Part shown: positions 41,095-48,499 of the stretch, piece after piece
Layout of the letters: each line of letters begins with the position of its first letter
Numbering within the stretch: the first letter of the stretch is position 1
DNA from: a virus
Lineage: Duplodnaviria; Heunggongvirae; Uroviricota; Caudoviricetes; Demerecviridae
Length of the DNA stretch: 49,291 nt
Virus record (IMG/VR): IMGVR_UViG_2757320985_000001
Direction: 5' to 3' (one strand)
Translations under genes and position numbers: made by a program
Notes under the pieces: generated by a model
Database searches by the model: none
Seen by the model: the letters and a program-made list of their open reading frames with translations, nothing else
What the model was told of the DNA's origin: nothing

Positions 41095-42759
41095 TTATGC
41101 AAAGAATTTACCGTTTTTGAAATCAATCAAAGTACGTTGCCCGTTTGCATAGGTAATTAAATGCGTTTGCGTCCAGCTTGACGCGCCCACGTTGTAGCCC
41201 ATATCAAGGGAACCAGCAACGCCAGCGGTATAAACGCCGCCGTAAATGCTAGCCGTGTGAGTGTGACCAGTGTTAAGGCGTCCCAACTTTTTAAACTGCT
41301 TAGGATTGCCACGACTGCCGTTAATGCCATTGTGACCATGTACGCCGCACTCAATGCCCGCGATTTTAAACGACTGGTCAGTAGTCAGGAATATGGCGTT
41401 AAATTCGCAACCTGCGACATTACGCAAGGCGTAATCTAACACGTTAAACGTTTCGTCACGTTCACCGATTGCGGCGTAAATCGCAGCATTCAGGCGGTGA
41501 TATAGTTCGGCGTTTGCGGGATCATCCTTAATGTTAGCGTTACGATCATCAAGCCAGCGTGAAAGCGCTAAATCATGGTTTGATTCCACAATGATTGTTT
41601 GAGAGAAATCACGCTCCATAGACTCTAAAACGCGTCCAGTGTCGATAAGATCATCTAAAACCTTGTCACGTCCGGCGGCGTACTGTTTAGCAAGGAATAC
41701 ACCACTTGCGCGGTTATGATGATTGCGGGATGTAAAATCATGCACATCATGAATAAACTGATATTTCGGCTTGAGAATATCAAGCAATGAATTTTCACTA
41801 GCCCATGAAGCAACGGCACATTCATCATCTAATTTTTCGGCGTGAATATCGCCATATTGCAAGCCTAAAACGTGTCCAGACGTTTCAAAACATCCGGTAG
41901 CGGTAGCGCAAATATTCAAATCATAAAACATTCCGCTTTCGTCCATTGTTTCAAGCTGGCGCACAAAAAATTCGCCGTCGTCGTCAAACTCCACCAGCAA
42001 AGCGCCGAAATTATGCAGCGCCTCGGCTTTTTGACCTGCTTTCTGCTGAATGTAGTTTTTAAGCGTAGCCGTTCCGGTTGAATACATACGGCGCACAATT
42101 TCACCTTTTAACGCTGGTACACTTTCAGCGGTGATTTTAGCGTGACCGATTGCCAGCCCTTCAATATTTAAAGTCGTGGCGGTTTCTGCAAAACCTGTAA
42201 GCGGATAATCTGCCGTTGGTAATGCGTTAATTTCAGCCATGAAAGCAAAGCGGCGATTATTTAGGAAAACGTTTTTCTCGCAGATATATTTATTAAATGC
42301 GGGATCATATTTAATCCCTTCGTTACCTTCCCCATTCTGGAAGCCGTTTTTATTGTAAATGAATTTACTAACCAGCAATTCAGCGCCGATATAATCAGCG
42401 AACTTTTCCAGACTTGCTAAAAAGTTTTTATGCGGGAAAGTGTTATTTTGAATCGACGTTAGAATAAAACGGCGACCGGATTTAACTTCCCATTGTTCAA
42501 CGGTACTAGAAACAATTCCCGCCGCTTCGGGGCGATCATCATTTTTAATCGCCTTTTCAGCTTTTGCCGCTTTCGGTTTCGCTGGCTTATTTGCTTCCAG
42601 CCAGTCACAAATTGCGGTCGAATGTTTCGGCGTATCATAAACAGCTTTTGAAATATCGTCGCAAACTTCCAATTTAGTAGCGCGTAAACGCTTACCATAG
42701 AAATTAAAATCAGCGGCCATTTTCAAAATTTGAGCTTGTTTTTCTGCGGAAATATTCAT
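41095..42759 (-). CDS. A1: A1 protein (host DNA degradation / second-step transfer; metallophosphoesterase-fold nuclease)
   Basis: 554 aa; GDIH, DVHD, SNHD, HGH and GHTH metal-binding motifs; T5 position and size. Confidence 0.92.
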   Translation of the reverse strand: MNISAEKQAQILKMAADFNFYGKRLRATKLEVCDDISKAVYDTPKHSTAICDWLEANKPAKPKAAKAEKAIKNDDRPEAAGIVSSTVEQWEVKSGRRFILTSIQNNTFPHKNFLASLEKFADYIGAELLVSKFIYNKNGFQNGEGNEGIKYDPAFNKYICEKNVFLNNRRFAFMAEINALPTADYPLTGFAETATTLNIEGLAIGHAKITAESVPALKGEIVRRMYSTGTATLKNYIQQKAGQKAEALHNFGALLVEFDDDGEFFVRQLETMDESGMFYDLNICATATGCFETSGHVLGLQYGDIHAEKLDDECAVASWASENSLLDILKPKYQFIHDVHDFTSRNHHNRASGVFLAKQYAAGRDKVLDDLIDTGRVLESMERDFSQTIIVESNHDLALSRWLDDRNANIKDDPANAELYHRLNAAIYAAIGERDETFNVLDYALRNVAGCEFNAIFLTTDQSFKIAGIECGVHGHNGINGSRGNPKQFKKLGRLNTGHTHTASIYGGVYTAGVAGSLDMGYNVGASSWTQTHLITYANGQRTLIDFKNGKFFA

Positions 42760-42867
42760 AACTAAATCAACTCCTATAAAGGGATAAATATTAATACTGG
42801 CAATATTGCCAAATATAACGCCTTGCCTGAAGTGAGGACAATTTAAAAGGCGTTATAATTTGCAATA

Positions 42868-43095
42868 TTATTCTAGAATTGGCATAAGACTAGAACTAAA
42901 CCCGCAACTAATAGCCAGCGTTAAAAATATAATCGCCAGATATTTTTGTTTATTAGCTTGACGTTTAAACATATCAGCGGCATAAGCTGAATTAATGCCG
43001 ATAATAGAGATTATATATTTGCCGTAATTAAATATAAATATAGCGGCAACTATAAATAAACCTAAAATAAACGCTTCACTAGGAAAGAAGATCAT
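42868..43095 (-). CDS. Pre-early membrane protein (75 aa; start corrected to ATG 43095)
   Basis: Two hydrophobic segments; GGAG 9 nt upstream; lies between A2 and A1. Confidence 0.75.
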   Translation of the reverse strand: MIFFPSEAFILGLFIVAAIFIFNYGKYIISIIGINSAYAADMFKRQANKQKYLAIIFLTLAISCGFSSSLMPILE

Positions 43096-43152
43096 TTTAA
43101 TAACTCCGGTCAAGGGGAATTATAGCGGGGAATATTCCCCGCTAATTAGAAT

Positions 43153-43569
43153 TTATTCACCTGCGGCCTGTTTTACTTCCTCCGCTACGCCTAACAATTG
43201 CGCTACGGCTTCCAGCGTTTCCAGTTTTGCACTTTCCAAACTTGCCAGATCGTCGGCATCTTTAATAACGCCAGCATCAATGGCATGTTTAGCCATAACG
43301 CGCACATAGTGAGCTTTACGGACACTAGACCCGCCGCCAACTTTACGCGGTTTATCGCTTTTCTGGTAGGCTTTTGCACTGGTCAATTTAGAACGTACAG
43401 AAACAGGACTTGCAGCGCCAACGGCGGCGGCAATTTCTTTTAAGCCGTCAGTGTTAGCAAATTCAATTCCGCTTTTAGCGACCATTTCAGAATACATAGA
43501 AACAGCCTTTTCGGTGTTTTCTTCGTTCCAAGAGAATTTTGCGGTTTTTTCGGTTTTAACGTTAGACAT
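43153..43569 (-). CDS. A2: A2 protein (DNA-binding, second-step transfer; 138 aa, start corrected to ATG 43569)
   Basis: MSNVKTEKTAKFSWNEENT…SVRSKLT sequence of T5 A2 type; GGAG RBS. Confidence 0.9.
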   Translation of the reverse strand: MSNVKTEKTAKFSWNEENTEKAVSMYSEMVAKSGIEFANTDGLKEIAAAVGAASPVSVRSKLTSAKAYQKSDKPRKVGGGSSVRKAHYVRVMAKHAIDAGVIKDADDLASLESAKLETLEAVAQLLGVAEEVKQAAGE

Positions 43570-43793
43570 AATAAATACTCCATTCAATTATTAATTAAGG
43601 GATTATGATTAACTAATGTTAATCGTTATATTGCCCATATTTCAGGGCAATATAAAAGTAACACTAATCATATAAGTTTAAATTGTGTGCCATAACATTG
43701 TTCACACTACATGGTTAATATATCGAAAATCTAACATGAGGCGCTAGCCTTATTTATTTACGCCGATTAAAGGCGCGGGTTAATAATAAGCTA

Positions 43794-44045
43794 TTAGGCG
43801 ATAGCTTGCCATTTATCATCTTTCTGAATGACCTTTACAACGTCGCCAGATTTAACACGGACGGTATAAATCGGCTTACCGTTGTTGCTACGTTCCGTTT
43901 CCGCGTAAACCGCTTCGATTTTATCGAAAGGATCAAGCGCCGCACCTTTAATACGTTCGGCTTTTCCGGTTAATTCATCCGTTTTAGTAACAAAAGGAAT
44001 GAATACAGATTGACCTACTTTCGGCGCGGTAATAACGTTTTGCAT
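43794..44045 (-). CDS. Pre-early hypothetical protein (83 aa)
   Basis: GGAG RBS; T5 synteny. One of the small genes here may be the T5 cell-division inhibitor, but I cannot assign which from sequence alone. Confidence 0.8.
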   Translation of the reverse strand: MQNVITAPKVGQSVFIPFVTKTDELTGKAERIKGAALDPFDKIEAVYAETERSNNGKPIYTVRVKSGDVVKVIQKDDKWQAIA

Positions 44046-44155
44046 TTTTAATACTCCGGTTTATTGGGGGATTATTCCACAATAGCGCCTCGATACTTTG
44101 AAACGCTATTAGATTATAATCCGCTAGGAGTTAGCCTAAACATTACCGTTATCCA

Positions 44156-44170
44156 AATTTTTAAAGAGCA
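44156..44170 (-). promoter_or_regulatory. boxA-like antitermination element (second copy)
   Basis: Minus strand TGCTCTTTAAAAATT(TGGAT); matches the rrn boxA consensus TGCTCTTTAA(C/A)A. Confidence 0.65.
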
Positions 44171-44210
44171 GTTACTACGGGGAACATCTTAAAACCTATC
44201 GGCTAGCGTG

Positions 44211-44429
44211 TCAAGCGTTTTTTAAACTTTTTTCTATTTGATGTGAGTTATATAAATCAATCATTATATTACGCCACACCATTTCCAGACCTTGTTGCTT
44301 GCCTTTCTTGTATTGCTTGAATCTGTATTTTACAGATCGTTGCGCTACTGTCAACAAATTTTTTGTTCTGCTATCTAATGCGCTAGCAGGTTTTGCACTA
44401 ATCACTAAAGCGTTTTTTGATTTGATCAT
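44211..44429 (-). CDS. Pre-early basic hypothetical protein (72 aa), first gene of the leftward operon
   Basis: AAGGA RBS; Lys/Arg-rich; bracketed by a 24-bp inverted repeat. Confidence 0.75.
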   Translation of the reverse strand: MIKSKNALVISAKPASALDSRTKNLLTVAQRSVKYRFKQYKKGKQQGLEMVWRNIMIDLYNSHQIEKSLKNA

Positions 44430-44487
44430 TATCGTCAGTTCCTTATAATATCTAAGTTTACCGCCGATAGGCTTTAAGATGTTCCCT

Positions 44488-44524
44488 AATTTTTAAAGAG
44501 CATGGCGGTTTAAACTTCCCCGCC
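44488..44524 (-). promoter_or_regulatory. Hairpin (boxB-like) plus boxA-like element in the leader
   Basis: Minus strand GGCGG-GGAAGTTTAAA-CCGCC-A-TGCTCTTTAAAAATT. Confidence 0.65.
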
Positions 44525-44569
44525 GTGTAATCTTGCGTTTCGTTTCCGTCCCGCCGTCCTACGAGATAA

Positions 44570-44612
44570 ATAATAGCAAATTGAGAGAAAGAGACAAGCG
44601 TATTTTTGTAAA
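44570..44612 (-). promoter_or_regulatory. Leftward pre-early promoter
   Basis: Minus strand TTTACAAAAATACGC-TTGTCT(44597)-16-TATTAT(44575) with TGn extended -10. Confidence 0.7.
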
Positions 44613-45139
44613 GAAACGTAAAGACAAACGCCACCGCACCACGTCCAGCGGCGCACTAAATTTAATGAAACGGGCGCGCGAATAACACCAAAACAACCAT
44701 TTTAGCAAGTAATTTTTTCATTTATATCTGCTCTAGGGTACTTGACAAAATCTAAAATCCTCGTGGTGAGGTTTTCTCGGTGTACCCCTTATGATTGCCT
44801 ATCTTTTCCTTTGAGGCGCTTAGAATGCGTTACAGAGCGTTTTAGACCCTGTTAATAACTTATACAAAAAGCAAAAATGAAATTTAATGAGTTATCCACT
44901 TGATTTTTCAAAAAAGTATTTTCTGCTGTTATTTTTCATTGACAAATAAGTTTAGACGTGCATTGATTGGTTAGCATACTAACAATCGCTAGGATAATAA
45001 TCACGCTGGTGGATTGTAACAGCCGAAACAGTTAGCAGACTATTAATACTCTAAAAACCTATTAGCCAACTAACTATTTCATATTATATAATATACTTAT
45101 AAATTAAAGAGAAATAATAACTATAAGAAACTATCGGCT

Positions 45140-45333
45140 AAGTGAGAACCACTATCATTTAGGTTATTCACAAAGTTATCCACAGCACAAAATAACTTGA
45201 CGCAATAGGCGACGTTTTGGCGACTTATCCACAGACTTATTCACAGGTTATCCTACTGTATAAATATACAGGGTAGAATGGTAGCAGTAACAACTGCAAT
45301 CAATTTTAAGGCGTCTAGGAACGATTCTAAGCG
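45140..45333 (+). repeat. Module A: Fur-like box, four DnaA boxes, LexA box, flanking motif
   Basis: TTATNCACA at 45164, 45176, 45225 and 45237; CTGTATAAATATACAG at 45256-45271; inverted homologue at 48500-48693. Confidence 0.8.
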
Positions 45334-45521
45334 GTTTTCTCGCTGCTACCCTTATTATAATAAAGCCTTGTGTACGCTTACAGGGAGCTAGAAATAGAAA
45401 ACACGCGGTTATCATAAAAACAAGCGTTAGGCAAGGAATAAAAAAACCTTTTCTTTTTTCTTGCCTCTAGCGAACAATTATCTATATCATTCACTCACCG
45501 ATTAACGAGGGAGACAAAGAA

Positions 45522-46523
45522 ATGTCTACTGTAAGAATTGCAGTACCAGCAAACACCACTATTATTAAGGGTAGTTTGCGCAACCTGCTAGATGGTAGTA
45601 GTGCGGCAAGCGTACAACATACCGCTACTATTGTAGAAAAGATTCACGATGAAATTTTAGACAATAATGATACTCATTATTCAGTCGATGATTTCACGCT
45701 ATTACTAGACCAGACAAGGGCGCTAGTAATTTTCAACCGTGATTATCATATTTTCCGTAATAGTCGTGGAACTGATATTGATTTTATCATTGTTGGCTAT
45801 AGTGAGTCTCATAGTGGTTACATTGCGCGATTATATAACGTGCAAGAAAAGGAGCAGGTAACAGCAACAAAAGTAAATAATATCAGACTGGATAGTGTCG
45901 GATCGTTATTAAATAGTATCTGGCGTGAATTATCATCCAGTTATAAAGGCGCGGATAGTGACGCAATCGAAACAACTGGCGTATTGTGTTTTGAACGCGC
46001 TAGCGGTAACATGTTGATTCCTAACGATTATTTAGAGTATGGGAATGAATCAAACGTTGCAAACGCTGGATTTACACTTTTACCGCTTGACAATGTAACA
46101 AAACAGGCTGTACAATCTCAAACTTCAAGCGCAAATGCGCAAACTACTGAAAATAAAGGAAATATTATGTCTAAAGTATCTTCTATCGTTGCCGCTAATA
46201 AATCCGCCGTTGTTAACGCTGCTAAACTGGAAGCGGGTAAAATTGCACTGACTCAAATCACAAAAGTAGCGGCGAAAAAAGCGCCGTTTATGATTAAAGG
46301 TTATATTGATACGCCGATTGGTCGTGTAGTGATCGCTAACCTGCTGAGTGTAGCGGTTGACCAGTACGCCCCGACTAATGCGAAAGCGAAAGCGGTAGCA
46401 GGCGCGGCAATGGAAGCGGCAATGTTGGAAATGGTACAGAGTTTCAATATTGCGGAAATGATCGATGAAATGGTAAAAGGTATTGACATTTCTACTTTTA
46501 CCACTAACACCGAAACAGAATAA
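45522..46523 (+). CDS. Pre-early hypothetical protein (333 aa)
   Basis: GAGGGAG RBS; first gene of the rightward pre-early operon; probable promoter TTGCCT-18-TATCAT just upstream. Confidence 0.82.
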   Translation: MSTVRIAVPANTTIIKGSLRNLLDGSSAASVQHTATIVEKIHDEILDNNDTHYSVDDFTLLLDQTRALVIFNRDYHIFRNSRGTDIDFIIVGYSESHSGYIARLYNVQEKEQVTATKVNNIRLDSVGSLLNSIWRELSSSYKGADSDAIETTGVLCFERASGNMLIPNDYLEYGNESNVANAGFTLLPLDNVTKQAVQSQTSSANAQTTENKGNIMSKVSSIVAANKSAVVNAAKLEAGKIALTQITKVAAKKAPFMIKGYIDTPIGRVVIANLLSVAVDQYAPTNAKAKAVAGAAMEAAMLEMVQSFNIAEMIDEMVKGIDISTFTTNTETE

Positions 46524-46586
46524 TAACTACTAGCGGGGATTATTCCCCGCTTTACTATTTCCCTGTTAATTGTTAGGAGACTAATT

Positions 46587-47081
46587 ATGTCAGAAGAAAA
46601 ATATGGCTTTTCGCTAGAAAGTGTGAATGAAGCTAAACACGATATGATCGTTTTAGTTGATTGTCATACTGGCTATTGCGGGGAGGGCTGGACGGAGGAA
46701 CATTTTGTTCCCGCTGGCTGTGATCTGGACGCTTTCGCAAACGAACACGCATATGATAATGCTTCTCGTTTCGGTAGCGATGGGGAAGAAGATGAAGAAA
46801 CAGGGGAATGGATTGAAAATGATAATGTATATGCGAGTCTTTATCATTATCAATTGAGTAAGTCCGGTACTTATGTAAATGGCGGCGATCCTATTAATAC
46901 CGTTATGAAACTAATTATTAAACACGGTGGCGCGGAAATAATTGGTAACAAGGCGTTATTATATGCAAATCGATTAAAACAGCTTGTTTATATTCCTGAT
47001 AATTCCCGTTGGGATGAATATGCCGTTTTACAGAAAGAACTAAAACGCTGTTTCGGCGTGGAAGCATTAGAAATAGTCTAA
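46587..47081 (+). CDS. Pre-early hypothetical acidic protein (164 aa)
   Basis: AGGAG RBS. Confidence 0.8.
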   Translation: MSEEKYGFSLESVNEAKHDMIVLVDCHTGYCGEGWTEEHFVPAGCDLDAFANEHAYDNASRFGSDGEEDEETGEWIENDNVYASLYHYQLSKSGTYVNGGDPINTVMKLIIKHGGAEIIGNKALLYANRLKQLVYIPDNSRWDEYAVLQKELKRCFGVEALEIV

Positions 47082-47094
47082 TGTAAAGTTTTGT

Positions 47095-47131
47095 AAAGGT
47101 CGCCCTAATCGGCGACCTTTTTTGTTATAAT
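47095..47131 (+). terminator. Terminator overlapping an extended -10 element
   Basis: AAAGGTCGCC-CTAATC-GGCGACCTTTTTT immediately followed by TGTTATAAT. Confidence 0.72.
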
Positions 47132-47188
47132 GCCTTTACACCGAAACGGTGGATTGAAAATTTTCCCTGATTTCTAGGAGTTAAGCAA

Positions 47189-47401
47189 ATGTTAAAGAAT
47201 GTTTCCCTTGCCCGTTCTAAAGGTTTTAAGCTGGTGGATGTTAACACGTTTGAGCGTCCAGATTGTAAAATCGAATATGTAGCACGCAACAAAAACGCGT
47301 TTCGTGTTACTGAAAAGAAATTTGACAAGCGCGGAAATTTGGTAGCCGAAACGGTTAAACACTTTGCCACCTTTTACGCTGCTTTTCGTGGGGTATTATG
47401 A
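47189..47401 (+). CDS. Pre-early hypothetical protein (70 aa)
   Basis: AGGAG RBS. Confidence 0.78.
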   Translation: MLKNVSLARSKGFKLVDVNTFERPDCKIEYVARNKNAFRVTEKKFDKRGNLVAETVKHFATFYAAFRGVL

Positions 47402-47499
47402 GATCCTTATATATTGCTCTAGCGTTTGCTACCGTTGGCGTTGTTTGCTCATTCGCTGCATTTGTTTTAAAAATGTACCTGATATTTTCCCAGCTTTAG
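47398..47499 (+). CDS. Small hydrophobic peptide (33 aa, not in ORF track)
   Basis: MRSLYIALAFATVGVVCSFAAFVLKMYLIFSQL; ATGA overlap with the previous stop, fills the gap exactly. Confidence 0.6.
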   Translation: MRSLYIALAFATVGVVCSFAAFVLKMYLIFSQL

Positions 47500-47510
47500 G
47501 AGCTTGACAA

Positions 47511-47855
47511 ATGGTTATTTACGAGGGTAATCGTTTTGTTACTAATTGCCGTCCGGCATTATTAGCAAGCTATTTAAATCAGCTTTCACCAGTTTATAAA
47601 GGCGTGGTTAATATCTATGAGGGCAAATCACATTATAAGATTAATGCCGTTGTTGCTCGCGAGCTTGCCTTCCAGTTTCTTACTTTTGGCGCATGTGATG
47701 TACAGGTTATGGGTGAGCCATTAGTAGCAGAAAATGAAAATGAATTTATTGACATTTTCCGCAAAGTATGTACAGAGCGCCTGATTATGAAAGGCGCGTA
47801 TATTCAATCAACCGCTGAAAGTATTGAAACAGCGTTTCGGGGAATTGCGCAATGA
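47511..47855 (+). CDS. Pre-early hypothetical protein (114 aa)
   Basis: AGGAG RBS. Confidence 0.8.
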   Translation: MVIYEGNRFVTNCRPALLASYLNQLSPVYKGVVNIYEGKSHYKINAVVARELAFQFLTFGACDVQVMGEPLVAENENEFIDIFRKVCTERLIMKGAYIQSTAESIETAFRGIAQ

Positions 47856-48052
47856 CTAAAGATGAAGCGTTAGAAAAAATGAAACAAGGTTTCAAAGTTA
47901 GTAATCAATATTTTACTAGCGATGAATTTTTGTACATGAAAGAAAACGGCGTGATCATGTCGGAAGATGGTTACAATTTTAATGATTGGTTTTTCAATAT
48001 TCGCAAGGGTGAGGAATGGAAGCTAGACGGTTGGAGCGTCTACCGTGAATAG
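47852..48052 (+). CDS. Pre-early hypothetical protein (66 aa)
   Basis: ATGA-coupled to the previous gene. Confidence 0.75.
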   Translation: MTKDEALEKMKQGFKVSNQYFTSDEFLYMKENGVIMSEDGYNFNDWFFNIRKGEEWKLDGWSVYRE

Positions 48053-48175
48053 CTGGTGGCGAAAAACGCAAAGTCACAAATCTAATAATACCGCTGGGAA
48101 ACATTCCCAGCGTTTACGATTTGGGAACGGCTTCACAATGTTAATAATAATCATTCTCATTCTAGGAGCAATGGC

Positions 48176-48415
48176 ATGGCTGTAAGAATTTTACGATATG
48201 TAGAACGTAAAGAAACCGATATTATGCAGCATCATTTAACTGATGCGCAATATGCGCAATTTTTAGAAATGCAGAAAAGCGGAGCTAGTACGGCGGCGCT
48301 AGGGGCGTGGATCAATTCAGTTTCAACGTGTACGCATTTTGATTCATACGGGTATACACCAGCCGAAACCGTCCAGATCTTTGATGACTATGAGAAAGAA
48401 TACATAACAGACTAA
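48176..48415 (+). CDS. Pre-early hypothetical protein (79 aa)
   Basis: AGGAG RBS; followed by a terminator. Confidence 0.75.
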   Translation: MAVRILRYVERKETDIMQHHLTDAQYAQFLEMQKSGASTAALGAWINSVSTCTHFDSYGYTPAETVQIFDDYEKEYITD

Positions 48416-48421
48416 TAATAA

Positions 48422-48449
48422 CGGGGCGTAACTATCGGCCCCGCTTTTT
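48422..48449 (+). terminator. Terminator ending the rightward pre-early operon
   Basis: CGGGGC-N10-GCCCCG followed by CTTTTT. Confidence 0.65.
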
Positions 48450-48499
48450 CTGGCCTTCCTCAAATTTCCCCTTATTAAAGTACCTCCTCCAAAAATAAA

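Noticed and set aside
44430-44550. Hammerhead ribozyme (minus strand has GAAAC…CTGACGA)
   Set aside because: The sequences flanking the two core motifs cannot form stem II, and CTGACGA sits within the RBS spacer.
44655-44715. Second leftward promoter making an rrn P1/P2-like tandem
   Set aside because: TTGCTA with an A-tract is present, but the -10 (TATTCG at 18 bp) is too weak to call.
48045-48185. 46-aa ORF (GTG start, hydrophobic C-terminus MLIIIILILGAMAWL)
   Set aside because: It has a plausible GGAG, but the hydrophobic tail is simply the translation of the AT-rich Fur-like box and the next gene's RBS, and it runs through an intergenic palindrome. Not supportable without conservation data.
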